Positions 1 through 14,332 of a stretch of DNA of 64,000 nt are shown here, in pieces (position 1 is the first letter of the stretch; each line of letters opens with the position of its first letter). This stretch comes from Cercozoa sp. M6MM (Eukaryota > Protista > Endomyxa: Ascetosporea), in assembly GCA_040357565.1 (NCBI GenBank), contig JBDODJ010000046.1; one strand, 5' to 3'. Both the position numbers and the translations under genes were made by a program. The notes beneath the pieces were generated by a model, which was given only the letters and a program-made list of their open reading frames with translations, had not been told where the DNA came from and did not search any database.

Positions 1-3000
1 GCGTCCAAGTTGATGTACATCTCGCCGTGAGGAAGGGACTCGGTACAGAAGCGTCTTAAGGCACTTGGCATCTGGTCAGGACGAAGGCATCGGCAGATCA
101 GCAGCTTTGCGAACAGATCGTCTTCGTCAAGCTTGCGGTACTCGAGGGGAAGCGGCTCATTAAAGGCGTTCGGATGGTTGTACCACTCCTCGAATCGCTT
201 TGTGGACGACTTCATATCCTTAATCAACTTCTCAAACCCAGACAGCTCCGAGAGTTTCATTGCAGCATTGTAGCAACCGACAGGAAGCCAAGGGAACGGG
301 GACTCTTGGTTGAACTTGCGCGGCGCGCGCAGCAAGAAGTCGAATCGTGCTTCGTCAAAGCCAGGCAAGGCGCCTCCTCGCATCAGCGTGAACAGCATCT
401 GAGCCGCCAGGATAAGCTTGTGATCGGCAAAACATCCGCGGGCCACCCAACGGAAGATGGTGAGTCGAAGAGACAGACACAGATTTTGCACCCGTTGGGG
501 TGTCTTTTCCGCCACCTCGGCTTCACGGATTGACTTGTAGAAGTACCGAATGAACTCTTCGAGCGAATAACGGTACATGTACGACACTTGATACAGCTCT
601 GTGAGCAGAAAGTAGAGCTGCGAGGCCTCGAAGGCAACCGACGAGTACTGATTGCGGAGATTGTTGATTTCGATTTCCTTGACCTTGGCTTCGCTGACGC
701 GCTTTTCGATTTCCACCGCGGTTTTCTTCGTGTGCTCCAGACCTTCAACCAAAGCCACGTCGCTCAGAATATCTTCTGGTGCATTCGACAGTTTCAGTAG
801 CAACTCGTTCTCGAGCTCGGCAAGTCGCACTCTGTCGGCATTGATGCTGCGAACCAACGCGGAGCGTTCCTCCTCGAGCTCGGGCCGCTCCTTGTTTACG
901 ACCAAAGCCAGCAGCTGGTGCTTCAGTTGCTCGGGCGTCACCAGGAAGTTGATCACTGAGCACTGGGAGAAGACCTCAGGACTGTATACGGGGTTGCTCA
1001 GGCGAGAGCACAAGAAGAGACGGAACTGAGGATCGACCATGATCTCTTCTCCGGCAAAGTACAAGTACAGACTTCGACCCTTCTTCTTGAAACTCTTCGA
1101 CAGCACAGGGTCGAGTGAGCTGTCGATGGTCTCTCCGACGTTCTCCAGGAACACAGTTCTGCCGTCTTGAATCGCCCTGGAGATATTTTGCAGCCACTTA
1201 CCCTTGCCTGCAGACACGACAAGCAAGTTGTCGACGCGTTGTTTGATCCACTTGGCAGCGGTTAGTTGCGGGTCGATAAACAACGGGTAGCGATCACTCT
1301 CAGACACAATGGCCGCATTTTCCAGTGAGGTGTTGTCAACTGGAAGTCCTTCGTTGGTCCAGCGAGCAAAGTTCGCGTCGTTCGCGAGGTAGTTAAGGGG
1401 AGTAATTTCGTCGCCGACTGGGAGAGAGCGGTTCTTGATGCCCTCGAACCACTCTTCAACAAGCTTGGAACGGAAGAAAGCGTCAAAAGGGCCTGCGTAG
1501 ATCACAAAGGCGGCAGCAAGCGCCGAGTTGCCGATCAAGGTGCCACGACGGTCGTTCAGCTGGCGAATACCCTCACGCCAACGGTCACCCTCGCTGGAAA
1601 GACCATTGATCAGACGTTCTGCAAGGTTCAGTCTGTCCTTGCATCGCTGTGCCTGCTGCTCGACTTGATTCTTTTCTTCGATAGCTTGCTCGAGTGAACG
1701 TGTGACTTTCGCAAGACCAGCTTCAAGTTCAGCAACTTCGTTCATAAGTTTGTCAACAACGGCGTTCGCTTCAGCCACTTCGGCAGCCGCACTCTCCGCG
1801 GCGAGCATCTTGGGCTTGACATACTTGTAAATCTTGTTGTATTTCACGATAGCGATGACCCAAGTGCAGAGCGAAGCCGCAGCACTCGAAACGCGCGACA
1901 TTCCTTCGGGATTAAAGTGCTCGATCTGTCAAGAAACGCACCCATTGTAAATTAGTTTACAAATAATATACACTCCAAACTGAAGTTGGAAGGAAAGCTA
2001 CGTCAAGAATTGGCTGAAGCAGTGACAACGTGTCCTCCGGAATCTGCGTCGCGTCGAAAGCAGCAAGCTCTTGCATGAAGCGACCGACATTTCCCATCAT
2101 GGCGCATGCGCGTTTCCACGAAAAGTCCCTGCGCTCGTTTTCCTTTAGGATGAGAACGGCCTTGGTCACATCCACAATCGCGTCAGAAGGTGTCTTAAAC
2201 GACTTCAACTGAGTCAACGAGTCCTTGCTTAGACACTGCACGGCTTCAGCGGCTGCCTCAAGGGCAGGCTGTGCCGCTGCCAGCTCCTTGTCGCACTCCT
2301 GCTTGATGGCTTCGCTCTTTTCGGCAATGACCTTTGCTTTGTCAGCCTCAACATTGGCGGCTTCCTTTTGCTTTTCGACATGAGCACGCTCCTTTCCGCA
2401 CTCTTCGATAAGTTTTGACGCAGAGGTACTCTTCTCTTCCACGATTTTCAGAGTTTGTGCAAGGTCCGCCTTCAGCTCCTTGACGTCGCGACTTGTTTTC
2501 ATCAAAGTGGCTACACCCTTGTCCAGACGCTCAATTTCGAGATCGATTGAGTCTCGCTTTGTTTGTAGTAGCGTCTTGAAGTAAGAGATGAGCTCTAGGA
2601 ACGATCTTGGAGTGGTAAACGTCTCACGACCGCAGGCTTCTTTGAACTTGACGGCCACCTTCGATACAGACAGGTGAACATCAGCAAGGTGGTCGGCAAG
2701 TTTGTCGCGTTGCTCTTGGTCGTCGAGGTCTAAGAAACGACGAGCGACAGACTGCAAAGCATCAAGCGGCCAACTCTCGAAGGTATCCATGACGGTGCTG
2801 TTGAGAATGCTCGGGAATCTGCCGCACTTGAGGCGGAATGCCGGACCCACCGGCGAGAAGCACAGTGCCAGTTTCAGGTTTCTTCGAACACGTGAGATGA
2901 AAAGGTTGAAGATGCCCTCTCGATCTTCCGACGGAATTCCTGCCTGCTTAGCTTCGTTGCGCATGCTGTCAATGATTCCATCGAGGTCCTCCGACGTGTA

Positions 3001-6000
3001 CAGATCGGGAATCTTGCCGGTCGCCAGGTAGTCGTTGATGTAAACATACCACTCCTCTTGGTATCCGGAATCAGCGAGTATCCAGCAGATCTTTTCGTTC
3101 TTGAGACCAGCCCGGACAAACAAACCTCGAATATCTTCCAACAGATCCGCTGACGAGTACGTGCGTGTGATGGTCAGAGTGAAGATGGACATGCCACACG
3201 CAAAGGCAGCCAATCGGCACAGAGACCGGCGACCGGAGCCACCGACACCAATAAGCAATGCATTTCCTCTCGGCAAAGTGAAGATACGTGCGATTTTTGT
3301 GACATGCGAGATAGCTTCTTCAAACAACACTAATGGCATCGCTGTGTAGCGTTGGTCATCGTTGTAATCCGAAAGTGCACTTTCGATAGCGACACGCAGT
3401 TTCTCGTCGTCGTTGGCGTGATAGTCTTCCGTCTCGGCATTGTTTGAATCTGAGACGACCGAGAAACGAGGATACTCCTTTGTCGCGCATTCGGGGAAGT
3501 TAGCCATCGCAGTCGCTTCTAACAGCGAGTGGAACTTCTCCATGTCGGCAGCGCCGTTCAGTTTGTCACCGAAGACGCGTGCAGCCTCATGCTTCCACAA
3601 TTGGCACCGTTGCTCGGAATCAAGCGGTTTCGTCATCATCAGGAGGCCTTGAGTCTGTGGACATTAAATAGGTTTAGAATGGAGGTGCAGCAGAAGACAA
3701 CGAGGAAGGGGTACCATGTTCGCAATCTCGTGCAGACTGAACAAGTACCAGAACTTGGTAGAGCTTGGTTTAAAAGTTGCAGACATCTGCTCGAGCAAAG
3801 CAATCGAAGCAGCGACCAGGTTTTTGCTGATTTCATGCGCGTCATCTCTGTCTTTCTCTCCGAAAGGCATGTAGTTCTCCACAAGAGGAACAAAAATGGA
3901 TTTGATCTCCTCGCTTGAGGGACGTGAACAGTTGAACGAAATGAAACGATCTTGCAGACGCGGGTTGATAAAGAAAGACCCGGAGGTCTGGTTCATCGTC
4001 GCCGCGTAGTACGTATCGTGAATCTCCTTGCGTTCGATTCGGTCAATGTCGTACCAGAAGCCGTAGTCAAGGTGCTGGAGAATGTGGTTCGTCGTTGCTT
4101 GTGTGCCTGAACTCATATTTTCAAAGCGTTGAGTCAAACCAAGACCGCATCGTTAGAAATTAACCGTACCATATGCTGAGGGTTCGGGCATGTTAATGTC
4201 TTCTATCAGGAAGGTCAAGCGAGACTCCTTCGGTCCGTAAATTCTGCCACTCTTCTTCTCAAGACTCTGTTCTTGGATGCTGCGCAAAGACCCTTCTGTC
4301 GAGATGGCGTTGAGCCCAATCGTTACAAAAGGACTTTGCTGCTTGCGCAAACAATGCGAAAGCATGACCGTTTTCCCCGTTCCCCCGACGCCAACGCACA
4401 TGAAGGGCGACGCGTCCTTTCGTTTCTGCGTCAGGTTGAAGAAGTACTGTAGCATCTTGGTTTGCGCGGTCTCCACCACAATGTTTCGAATAACCACGTC
4501 TCCAGATGGCTCAAAGTAATTGTCTTCGGGACCTATCAGCTGATTCCAGGACCTGAAGGTCTTTCCTGAAGGATCTATCGTCCAGTCGAAAACATTTAGC
4601 TTGGTTTCTGCTGTAGTGTCCATTTCAGGCCAAGGCACTGACTCTTCCGTTAGCGACAGCACCCAGTCGGAAAACACTTCTCTGTCGTTTCGCTCTTGGT
4701 CAACGCGCAGAGTAGCACCAAACGACCAAATGAACGCCATGATGAAAAAGTTCTCGAAGCAACTTGTGTCATTCATGTTGCTCGACGTAATAAGTCCCTC
4801 AAGGATTTGCACCATGGCTCGGATGAAGCTCAAGAGTTGACGAGGAACGACATGCTCGAAGGTACGCGTGAAATGCTCGAGGTTGCGCGAGGTGAGGTAC
4901 TTGCCAAACAGTTTCTGCAGCACCGAGTGCTCCGACGACGGGCGACTGCGGATCCACTTGTCCACGAACGGTCGCCAGCCAATGTCGTTTTGGTTGATAA
5001 AGATCACGCCTGCTCGGGACACGGTTGCAGGAGTGGCGTTGGCGAGATCACCGATTTCAAAGACCAGACGCATTGAATCGGAGAGAGGAATTCGCTCATT
5101 CGACACAAGCGTGAGGACCTTGTTGTCATCCTGCAAACAAGCACAGTAAAGATACAGCTTTACACAGAAACCCAATGGACTGCTACCATGACTGTGTTCA
5201 GACTTTCAATCCACTCAGGGTCAATGGGACCGTCCAGAATAATCAGTTTCCACTTTTGAGCATGCGTGAACGGAGGCACACAGCGAGACATGTTTCTCAT
5301 GAGAGAACTGAGCATTCCGTCCTTCCAATCACTTGCAGCGAGCCAACCGTAAATCTCATCGTTCTTGATGGCCTTCGGATTGAAGGCCTCGTAGACGGCA
5401 GGCTGGCCAAGACGGTTGTAGGCACCCGTCAATGTCTTCCAGACTTCGGTCTTGCCGGTACCAGGACCACCGATGACGAAGACCGAGTGGCGGATCTCCA
5501 ATAACTCGCCTAGTTCGGCCACCTTCTGCAGGAATGCTGGATCCGGTTCCAACCCTCGCTCTTTTGTGACGGCGAGTGCCGCTTCTTCCAGTGACTTGTC
5601 GACTTGGCGCTCCACCTGCAAGCCACGGAACAGATCGTCGATCAGGCGCAAGAAGACGGGTCTGTCAAGAGCCGTGATTTTCGGTAGATTGAAGTCGCGA
5701 AGAGCTCGCATGAGAATCTTCGATTCCTCAACGTCCGGTTCGGCACGTTTTAGACCACCTGCAACACGAAGCACTGCCTTCGTTGCCCGGAGACCCCAAT
5801 CGTAGTGCGGTTGGGCACTCAGTAGCTCCTTAGCGAGTGCGTAGAGTTTGGTGAACTTGATGGCGAGTGGCCGCGCCCTCAAGAAGCCTTCGCTCAGCAG
5901 CATGTTTTCGCAAATGAGCATGATATCTGGCACAACCATGGCGCAGCTACGGAAGAGGGCCTTGAGATTTTCCGGAAGTTCCGTACGACCAGCATAACCC

Positions 6001-9000
6001 GGGTTCATCGTGATGAAACAGCCAACAGATGCCTCAAGTTTGATCTCTTGTCCCATGAAATCGAAGCGCTCCTTGCGTGCCTTGATGGCACTGAGAATAC
6101 TGCCGAATTGTGTCGCGACGACGCTGAGCACTTCGACGGGGATTCGGTTAAACTCGTCAAAGCAACCCCAGGCACCGGTTTGACACAAACCCTTGAAGAT
6201 TTGTCCCAGACTGTGCACGTTCATCTGTTCGGAGCAGTTGAAAACGTAGACGGGCAGGGCCAAAGCTCGACCAAGATCCTTTGTCGTCTCGGTTTTTCCT
6301 GTACCCGCAGGACCTGCAGGCGCCGCTCCCATGATCAGGCTCAAAGCTGTTGTAAGCGTGATGTAGCAGCGATCTGTGAGCGGGGTGATCACGAGACGCC
6401 CGGTGTTGCCGACGTACTCGTATCCATACGGGAAACTCGCGTCAGCAACAGACACTCCGGTGTCTAAATTTTTCCAAGAGTATCGCATCTGCGACTTCCA
6501 TGCAAACTCCGTTGATTCGATGATGTTGTTTTTCACGAGTGCTTGCACAACATCGCGATTGTGCACGTCAACTGCCAGAAACAAAGTAGCATCGTACTAG
6601 TCGTTTGCAAAGTTGGATACATGTCACATGCTGATGCAGTACCTGTAATCAACGTGATAACCTTGGTGCGAATTTCTCGATTCAAGTCCTTGAGCGTCAA
6701 CTCGATAAGGTCACCGAGACGTTCTTCGAGCACTTTGCTGTATTCTTTCATTGCGTTCTCGTCGCCGTCTTCCAAAGACAAGAAAGCAGCTTCGACTTCT
6801 TCCGTCCATATTATTTGCGAAGTCGTTAGTGCTATTTGAGCACAGTGATCCATGAGCCACTCCGGTCGGGATTTTTCGATTCCCCATTGGTCAGCACCGT
6901 TTTTAGCCACACGCAGTTTGTCTTTCAATGTTTTGCGCATGACGCCGATTGCTTCGTTGATCCAGTCCTCGACGTTTCCTTCACAATGACACTCGGTTGT
7001 GAACTCCACGTACTCGTCGCCATCTTTGCTGTGCATGCCGATGGCGTCCTTAGAGTGTTCGTCCTTGAACTCCAGTTTCGACACATTGTCAAAGCAGTCT
7101 GAAACCTCCGTTTGCACCATTTGCGGATTGTTGCCATTGGAAAGGAGCGACAGCAGGGCCGATGAACTCAAAAAGTAGAAGCGCGGACACAAGATTTTTT
7201 TGGCTTCGAGGTAGTTGTTAAGACTCTTCTCCGTGAGTTCAAGCTCAGCCTTAAGGCGCTCCAGCTTCAATCCGCGATTCTTTTCGCAGCACGCCTCAAG
7301 TACCCGATCGATCGTCTTCGCGTGCTCCATGAACTCGATGTACTCTGAATCTATCTTGGAGAAGCGCTCTGCATCCTCAGGAAGCTGCTCACGGATATCC
7401 TCAGACCGGAAAATGGTTTCAAGCGAGAGCCAGCGCGATTGAACACTGATCCAATCTTGAAGAACGGCCTCCGTAGTTGAAAGCTGGGTCGACAGCGCTT
7501 CGGTTTCCACCGCAAAGTAATCAGCACTCGCGCCTTGCGCAATGATGCCTTGCACGACAGAAATTGACTCCTCGAGTGAGGTCAAGATCTCTTCTGTCAC
7601 CTTGACAACGGTGCACCGAGCGTTGGATTCTGAGTCGAACTCAAACTTGAGGACGTCGTCGCCCTCTATCCAAGTTTCCTTCATTCTGGTGAGCTGCTTT
7701 GCAATCTTGAATTCTTTCTCTGACTGATCAACCACTTCCTCTACAGCTGCTTGATCGACGTCACGGAGAATATCGGAAAGAAACTGGGGCATCTCCGTGT
7801 CAATTCCGAAAAGCTCAACTAGTTTCCTGTGAGAGCCAACTTGTGATCATCGATTAAAAGGTAGCGGTCACATTAAAACAAAACTGAGACGTGTATATGG
7901 AAAGCGAATGCAAAAAGATGTACTGCCAGTGTCGTTTTTCAAGCGAAGGGGAGCGAAGCAGCGTCACAAGTGGCAGTACTCGCTGCCAACGCTTGACAAC
8001 ATCGTCCAAAGTCGCACAGGCTGCCCATGCACGGCACTCCTTGGGAAGGCCTCGAACCTGCTTCGCCAGTTTCTTTATTTCGCCGAGAAGAACATCGGGC
8101 TGGACGTCGTTCCAAGGGGTTCGCGAGTAACTCTTAAACAAGGTGGCAGAGAAGGAGATGGCATCCCATAAACCCTTGAGGAGACTCGCTTCGTGGTCAC
8201 ACATCTCCAACTGAGAAACACTGCTTCGTTCGGATGGTTCGGCACAGTACTGTTCGCGCAGTTTGAGAGCTTCGACACGACTTTCCCATGTCCGAACTTC
8301 TGCATCAAGAGAAGACAACGAGCGGTATGCTTCCGGGACTGCACGATCGAAATCTTCGCCTTCCATGCGAGAAGGTGCCTCCTTCACGAACTCCTTGCGG
8401 AAGCCCTGGAGTGCTTCTAACTCCGCCCATGTCATTTTTTGAGCACGATCACGAAGTCTCTCCAGTTCGTTGCTGAGCTGGTTAGAGATTTCAGCAGTCC
8501 GCTCGACCACATCTTCAATGTCACGAGGCAGCCTTTCCAAAGCAGCTTCGTCATCGACGATCGAGATGTTCTCGAATCTTTGCTGCAAAGCTTCACGTAC
8601 GTCGCTCAGAGGTTCAAACATGCCCTTGAAACGACGCTCTTTTTCGAGAACATTTGCTCTGGTGACGAGAAGCTGAGCGACAGCCTTCATGGTTGGCTTT
8701 TTGTTTGCGAGGAGAGTTTTTTCAATTTTTTCGATACAACGTTGGGCGCGTTTGACGAAAATCGAGAACAGCAGCGTCTTTTTCTTTGTGTCTCGCTGCA
8801 AGAACATGAAGCTCATCTCGCTCCACTCTGAACACAGGGTAGCAAAGGCTGACTTTGTTTCCTCCATGTCGATGCGCAGTAAACGCGTGTCAAAGAAGGA
8901 AGGAAGAGCTTGTATGTTGTCCCGCACGCGGAAGAAGAACTCGGTTCGTGAAATGAACGCCTTCAACGAAGGAAGCTCGTTTTCGTTTGCACCAAACAAC

Positions 9001-11948
9001 TTGACATCGGCTATCTCCTTGTCTTTGCCTTCTTCCGTGACAGCAGGTATTCCTTCCAGTTGCTCTGTGATTTGTACTCCGTTGCGCCCGAGAGACTTGC
9101 ACCAGATCTCAAAGTCGTCGTTTCGGTCTTTACCGTGTAAGAATTCGTACTTCGATAACTGCTGCAGCAGTTCGTTGTAACTGCTCCGAGTTTGTTCCAA
9201 GCATGTCTTAAACTTGTCCTCCAGTCCCTTGATTTCAGCGTCGTTCTCTAACACGTGGGAAGGGGACACTTCTTCGACTAGCGGAGGGATGTCATTTGCG
9301 ACGTCCGTGATCTGAGAGAAACACATTTGCAGCTGATCCCAGATTGACTGCTTTCTTGAGCTCGCAGAGATCGTGCATTCCCACCGATTGTCGCCTGCGG
9401 AGAGAAGACGGAGTGGCACCCGCAATAAGGGCACCCCGTCTTCAGGATTGCACAGGATCCTGAGAAGAAAGCCAGAAATTCGCTGACAAAGCACGCTCAG
9501 CTCGGAGCAGAGTCGGTTGTTTGCGTCTGAGACAAATTCCTTCACTGCCGTCGGAGAAGGCGAATACTTGGACGCAGACTTAGAAATCGAGTGAAGGGCC
9601 ACACCTGCACAATGCACACTTATCGTCAAACCGTGAGAGCAACATTCCACACTTGGCAGTACCAGCTTCGCTGAAGATGGCCTTAAGCTCGACTTCTCTT
9701 TGCTGCAAGAACTCCACCCAAACCGCCCGGAATTCTTCAAAGTCCAGCTGTTCCTTGCGAGCGGTGTCGAACTCAAAGGGCAGTTTCCGCAGCCGTTCAC
9801 ACAAGTCGTCAACAGCCGAACTCAACTCTTGCGCTGAGCTTTGAATGGAGAAGGCGCAGCCCACCAGTTGGTCACTCAGAACGCCCGTCAATGGTGAAAC
9901 GAAGGTTGCCTCACCTCCCTTTTCTTCGAGAAGGCTCTCAAGCTCTGCAAACTCCTTCTCCAGAACCAATTTTGACGACCGCGAGGTTTTGCGCAAGTTT
10001 TCGTTCTGAGTGCGGGCAAAGACCACGAGCTCTCGATACGAACGGTTGCTTTTCCGTGCCACGGCGCACAAAGAATTCAGTCGAGCGTCGCTCACCTGGA
10101 GAATTCCGTTCTCGTGAAGAACACGCGCCAGATGCATCAGAGCTCGCAGGTTCGGGTCCATGCCGCATGTGTAGACCCCAGTTTCAGAGTCATCACTCTC
10201 GCGTACTGTTATTGCTGGTCGCGACAGATCAACGTCCACCACTTCATTGCACAGTTTGTCCAACTCTGTGACAGCTGCCGCGCTCAACTTCGAGTTGAGC
10301 TGTTGCATCCATTTGTTCAGATCGTCTCGCGTAACCCCACTTCCTTCCACCTTCAGCAGCGCAAGTCGTTCCTTGATACTTGAGCAGCGACGAAGCTGTG
10401 CAAACAGTGTGAACAACTTCTGGGCCGGCATGCCGGGAGTTTGCTCGCATTCGCTAAGCTCAATGTTCTGCAAGAGCTTCACTAGTTTGTTCCAAAACAC
10501 TTCCTTGTTCTCAAAAATGCACTCGGTTAACGCGTTTCGGAGTAGGAGGGAGTCAATGCTTTCCACAACAGAGAATAGCGCGCACGACGCGTGCTCGTTG
10601 TTGTTCAAGGCAGTTCGACAGATCTCCGTCAAGCGTCGGTCGAGCTCAAGAATCTTGTTTCGGAAAGTCCAAAACGCTTCGTCGAACTCGGAAGTTGAAG
10701 CATCAAACATATCTTGAGCATTCTCTTTAATTTTGTCGAACGCAAAGCGGAAATCCGTGTAGCACTGTGCCAACAAGACAGACATCTCATTGCCTTCTGA
10801 GCCGCCGATCGCGATCTTGTCGAGCTTCGAAAAGCCAATGAAGATGCGCAAGAACTCTTGCACGTCCACGTTGACGCGTTCCTTCAGTCGCAAGATCGGA
10901 AGCAAAACTTCCTCAGATATCTCGTAGTCCACTGCGTCGAGGATTTTTGCAGGCAGCGACTCAGCTGCCTCGCACATCTGCTTTCCAGAGTCCAAAATGT
11001 TCTGGCACTCGACGAAGTCCAACGCATCCAACTTTGACATGAACGACTCTCCATCAAGCAGCTCAGCTCCGCGAGCAGCAACCGATGCGACGCCGATCTT
11101 TAAAAAGTGAGTAACTGTCGGACGCAAGTCGACCGAGGTCTTGCACTTCAGAATCCCCTCAAAGCAGCCCAAAAGAGACGCGAATGCTGTCACAAGTGCG
11201 TTGGTGTCAAGAGAGGTGTCCAGGCGACTGAGCGTATCCGAAATCGCTGACAAGATCTTGCACTTGATTTCTGCTGCAAACTTCAGCTCGCGAAGACGAA
11301 GCAGGTTCCGTCGCACTGTTCGAATTGCAGCACAGCCGGCTATCACGTCCGCTGGTTGAAGTTGGTCCGGGGTCGTAACCAGATTCTGCAAAGCTGTACA
11401 GTCTGGCGCTTCCAAGAAAGCTTGACCACAACGTTCGATGTAGGTCTGCAGAGCCTTCTCATCGTCGGGGAGACAATACTCAAAAAGCTCCACGAGCTTG
11501 GCGCTGTATTCGACATGTTTCTTGTGCAGCGTGTTGAAAGAAGTTGCCTCCGACTCGAATTCTTCAGTCGCAAGTGCACTCTTGAAGTGAGGTCCGGGAG
11601 CTCGGCTCCACTTGGTGTTGCTAGAATTCAGACCTTGAAAGCCGGCAGGAAGCTTGACACGAGAAACGGCAGTTGGATCCCAGTCGCCTTCAGGTTTGCT
11701 CAAGAGGACGAGTCTTCCTGTCGCCTCTGTTGGCAGTCCCTTTGATGTTTCCAGTTTGCCATCAACACCACGCCAAACATACACACAAGTGGCTTCCGCG
11801 GTGCTTCGGAAATCTCCTAGCTCCTGCATGTATTAAAAATGCCCAGACCTCGCGCTTAAAAAAGCACACTCAACCTCTAAACTTGGGGAAAGCTGGAAGA
11901 AAACTGCAGAAAGTCTACCTCGGAGGCTAGAATAGCGTTCAAATCCAT
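1..11948 (-). CDS. Axonemal dynein heavy chain, outer-arm beta-type (DNAH9/11/17, Chlamydomonas ODA4-like); 3' end runs off the window; 8 introns in window
   Basis: Spliced ORFs give AAA1 GPAGTGKTETTKDLG..VYVFNCSEQM and WGCFDEFNRI, P2 GGPGTGKT, P3 GVGGTGKT, P4 GVGGSGRRS, stalk coiled coil/MTBD, and a long N-terminal tail (IGGSEG..FDEAFWTFRNKILELDRRL). FNCSEQM is typical of outer-arm beta. Start MDLNAILASE at 11948; all joins are GT..AG and in frame. Confidence 0.95.
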
Positions 11949-12188
11949 CCGGTATCAGAGAGCTTCCACCAAACCCTCGTAAACTTCGTCCTTGTGTGAC
12001 CTGGGTCGAACGCTGAGTCTTTCTTGGGGTAAATTTAAATGTATTTACCAGGTAACCGCGCTGACGCACAAATTCAGGCTACGCAAATACCCATAAATCT
12101 ACCGACAGCAGAGGCCAAACTTCAAACTGCTAGGTCCATTGGTTCTGTCCCAGCCTGAGTTATCATCAGAGTAAACAACTCCGCATTA

Positions 12189-12929
12189 ATGGGTTGTTTG
12201 GGATCAAAACCACGGAAGGCAACCGACTCGGAGCCAGTACCTCAAAGGAAGGAAGCAGCACCTGCACCGACAAATCCTGCTGCCGTTGTGCCGATTGTCG
12301 ACGAACCAAAAGCACTGGAGCAAGTCGGTGATGACAGGGAGTTCCTCGTTGAAATGGTTGAAGAAATACTGCAGGAACGAAAGAAGTTTGTCGAAGGTGA
12401 CCTCCTGTCGATCTAAATTGACAGCATGCAAGGTGTGAGAGGGGGGGGGGGGGGGGCGGGGTAATTTACCGAAGGTGACCTTCTGTCGATACAGGAATGC
12501 GGACTGCCATCGCGCAAAACGACCACCAGGAGCTGACCAGCATCGCTCATGCCCTCAAAGGTGCACAATCTCCATTCGTTCCAGTTTGATAACCCCGAGC
12601 GAAATAAAACAGAATAAAATTAGCTGATTTTCTTGGCGAATCAGGATCCGCGCGCAACCTTTTCATTGTCCGCGTCGGGGACGCTGCACACGATTTAGAG
12701 CAGCTGGCCAAGACACTCATTTCGCAAAACCAACCCGCGGATTTGGTATAATGGAACTGAAACCATTGTCCTTTTTATCGATACTTCTCTGCTCCCGCTG
12801 CAGATGCAACAACGCGAGCCACAAGTGCAACGTCTCGACGCGCTTTTCGACGAGGTGAAGTCTTGGTTGGAGCAATTTAAACGACAGCACAAGCAAAAGA
12901 CAGAACTTGAGTCTCAGACAGCAATTTAG
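12189..12929 (+). CDS. Stand-alone histidine phosphotransfer (HPt) protein with N-terminal MGCLGS acylation motif; 3 introns
   Basis: Spliced product ...DREFLVEMVEEILQERKKFVE-GMRTAIAQNDHQELTSIAHALKG-SARNL...DLEQLAK contains the HPt signature HxLKGS[AS]. Confidence 0.88.
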
Positions 12930-13251
12930 GCACGTCCAGTAGCTTACAAAACAAGCACTTCAATCTTCAAAATTTAGGAGGTTAGACTCGTTTGAGCGAA
13001 AGAGATGACTCATCATCATTGTATCAAGTGGAAGCGAACATTCTTCAGCTCTCGGTCATTGATCGAGAGCTGCTCTTCAAAACTTTCAAGCTCATACTGT
13101 AACAAGCTTCTCATAGCATTTGTAGGTACTCCAGACCCTAGTGCATGTACTGAAGTGGTGTACAGACAGCTTGCTGTTGAACTTGCACTTTCTGGTTGTG
13201 CGGTCCTTATCTTTGCCCAATGTTGATGCAGAACCCAGACGAACAACTAGA

Positions 13252-14296
13252 ATGTACCAGCAAGACCCGATCGCCACGATTGCTCAGTAAGATTCGCATT
13301 TCCTGCTGTGTGATTGATGGCTGGACACTCTCTCACAGAGGCGGCTCAAGCGGTCCCGTCACGGTCACTCTGCGCACGGCGCACGGCAAGTACATCTGCT
13401 GCGAGCAGAGCGGCGTTGCTGTTGCGAACCGCGATGCGGCGCAAGCGTGGGAGCAGGTGACCATCACGCCTTTGGGCGGCGGCGTCGTCACGATTCGCTC
13501 GCACCACGGCAAGTACTGCTGCTGCGAGTCGAACGGCAACTTTGTCGCCAACCGCGACATGGCGCAGGGCTGGGAGCACTTCCGCATCCAGGTCGTGCAG
13601 CCCGGCACGATCACGATCCAGTCGAGTGCGCACAACACCTTCCTGTACTTGCCCCATACTACTGGGAGTTTTTGTGATGTACCCCCCCCCCCCTGTGTGC
13701 TTTGTACAGGTCGGCGCAGCCGGACGGTCGACTGGAGTGCAACCGCCACCAGGCGCAGGGTTGGGAGTACTTCCACTACTCGATCGTGGGCGGCATGTCG
13801 CAGCCACCGATGCAGCAGATGCCGCAGCAGACAATGTACCAGCAGCCGCCCATGCAGATGCAGCAGCCTATGCAGATGCAGCAGCAACCCATGCAGATGC
13901 AGCAGCAGCCTATGCAGATGCAGCAGCCCATGCAGCAGCAATATCAGCAGCAGCCCATGCAGCAGCAATATCAGCAGCCGCCCATGCAGATGCAGCAGCC
14001 CATGCAGCAGCAGTACCAGCAGCAGCAGCCCATGCAGCAGCAGTACCAGCAGCAGCAGCCCATGCAGCAGCAGTACCAGCCTCAGCCGCAGGTGCAAGTG
14101 CAGGTGCAGTCGGCCACATCTCTGCCGCAGCAGCAGAACGGCTACGTGCACGCGGTGCCGCAGCTGGCGCCGACGGTCAAGCCGTACCCGAACTTTGACG
14201 CCACGCGCGACGCTGCCGCCCTGCGTCAGGCCATGAAGGGCTTCGGCACCGACGAGAACGCCATTATCGACATCCTGGTACACTGCTTTTACTGCG

Positions 14297-14332
<36 letters not shown>

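Noticed and set aside
3220-3250. Dynein P4 loop GVGGSGRRS lacking Lys
   Set aside because: Arg at this position is common in axonemal dyneins (GSGRQS); not remarkable.
13016-13246. Short minus-strand ORF ending YELESFEEQLSINDRELKNVRFHLIQ
   Set aside because: It looks coil-like but has no convincing start or family, and overlaps the annexin upstream region; unsupported without transcripts.
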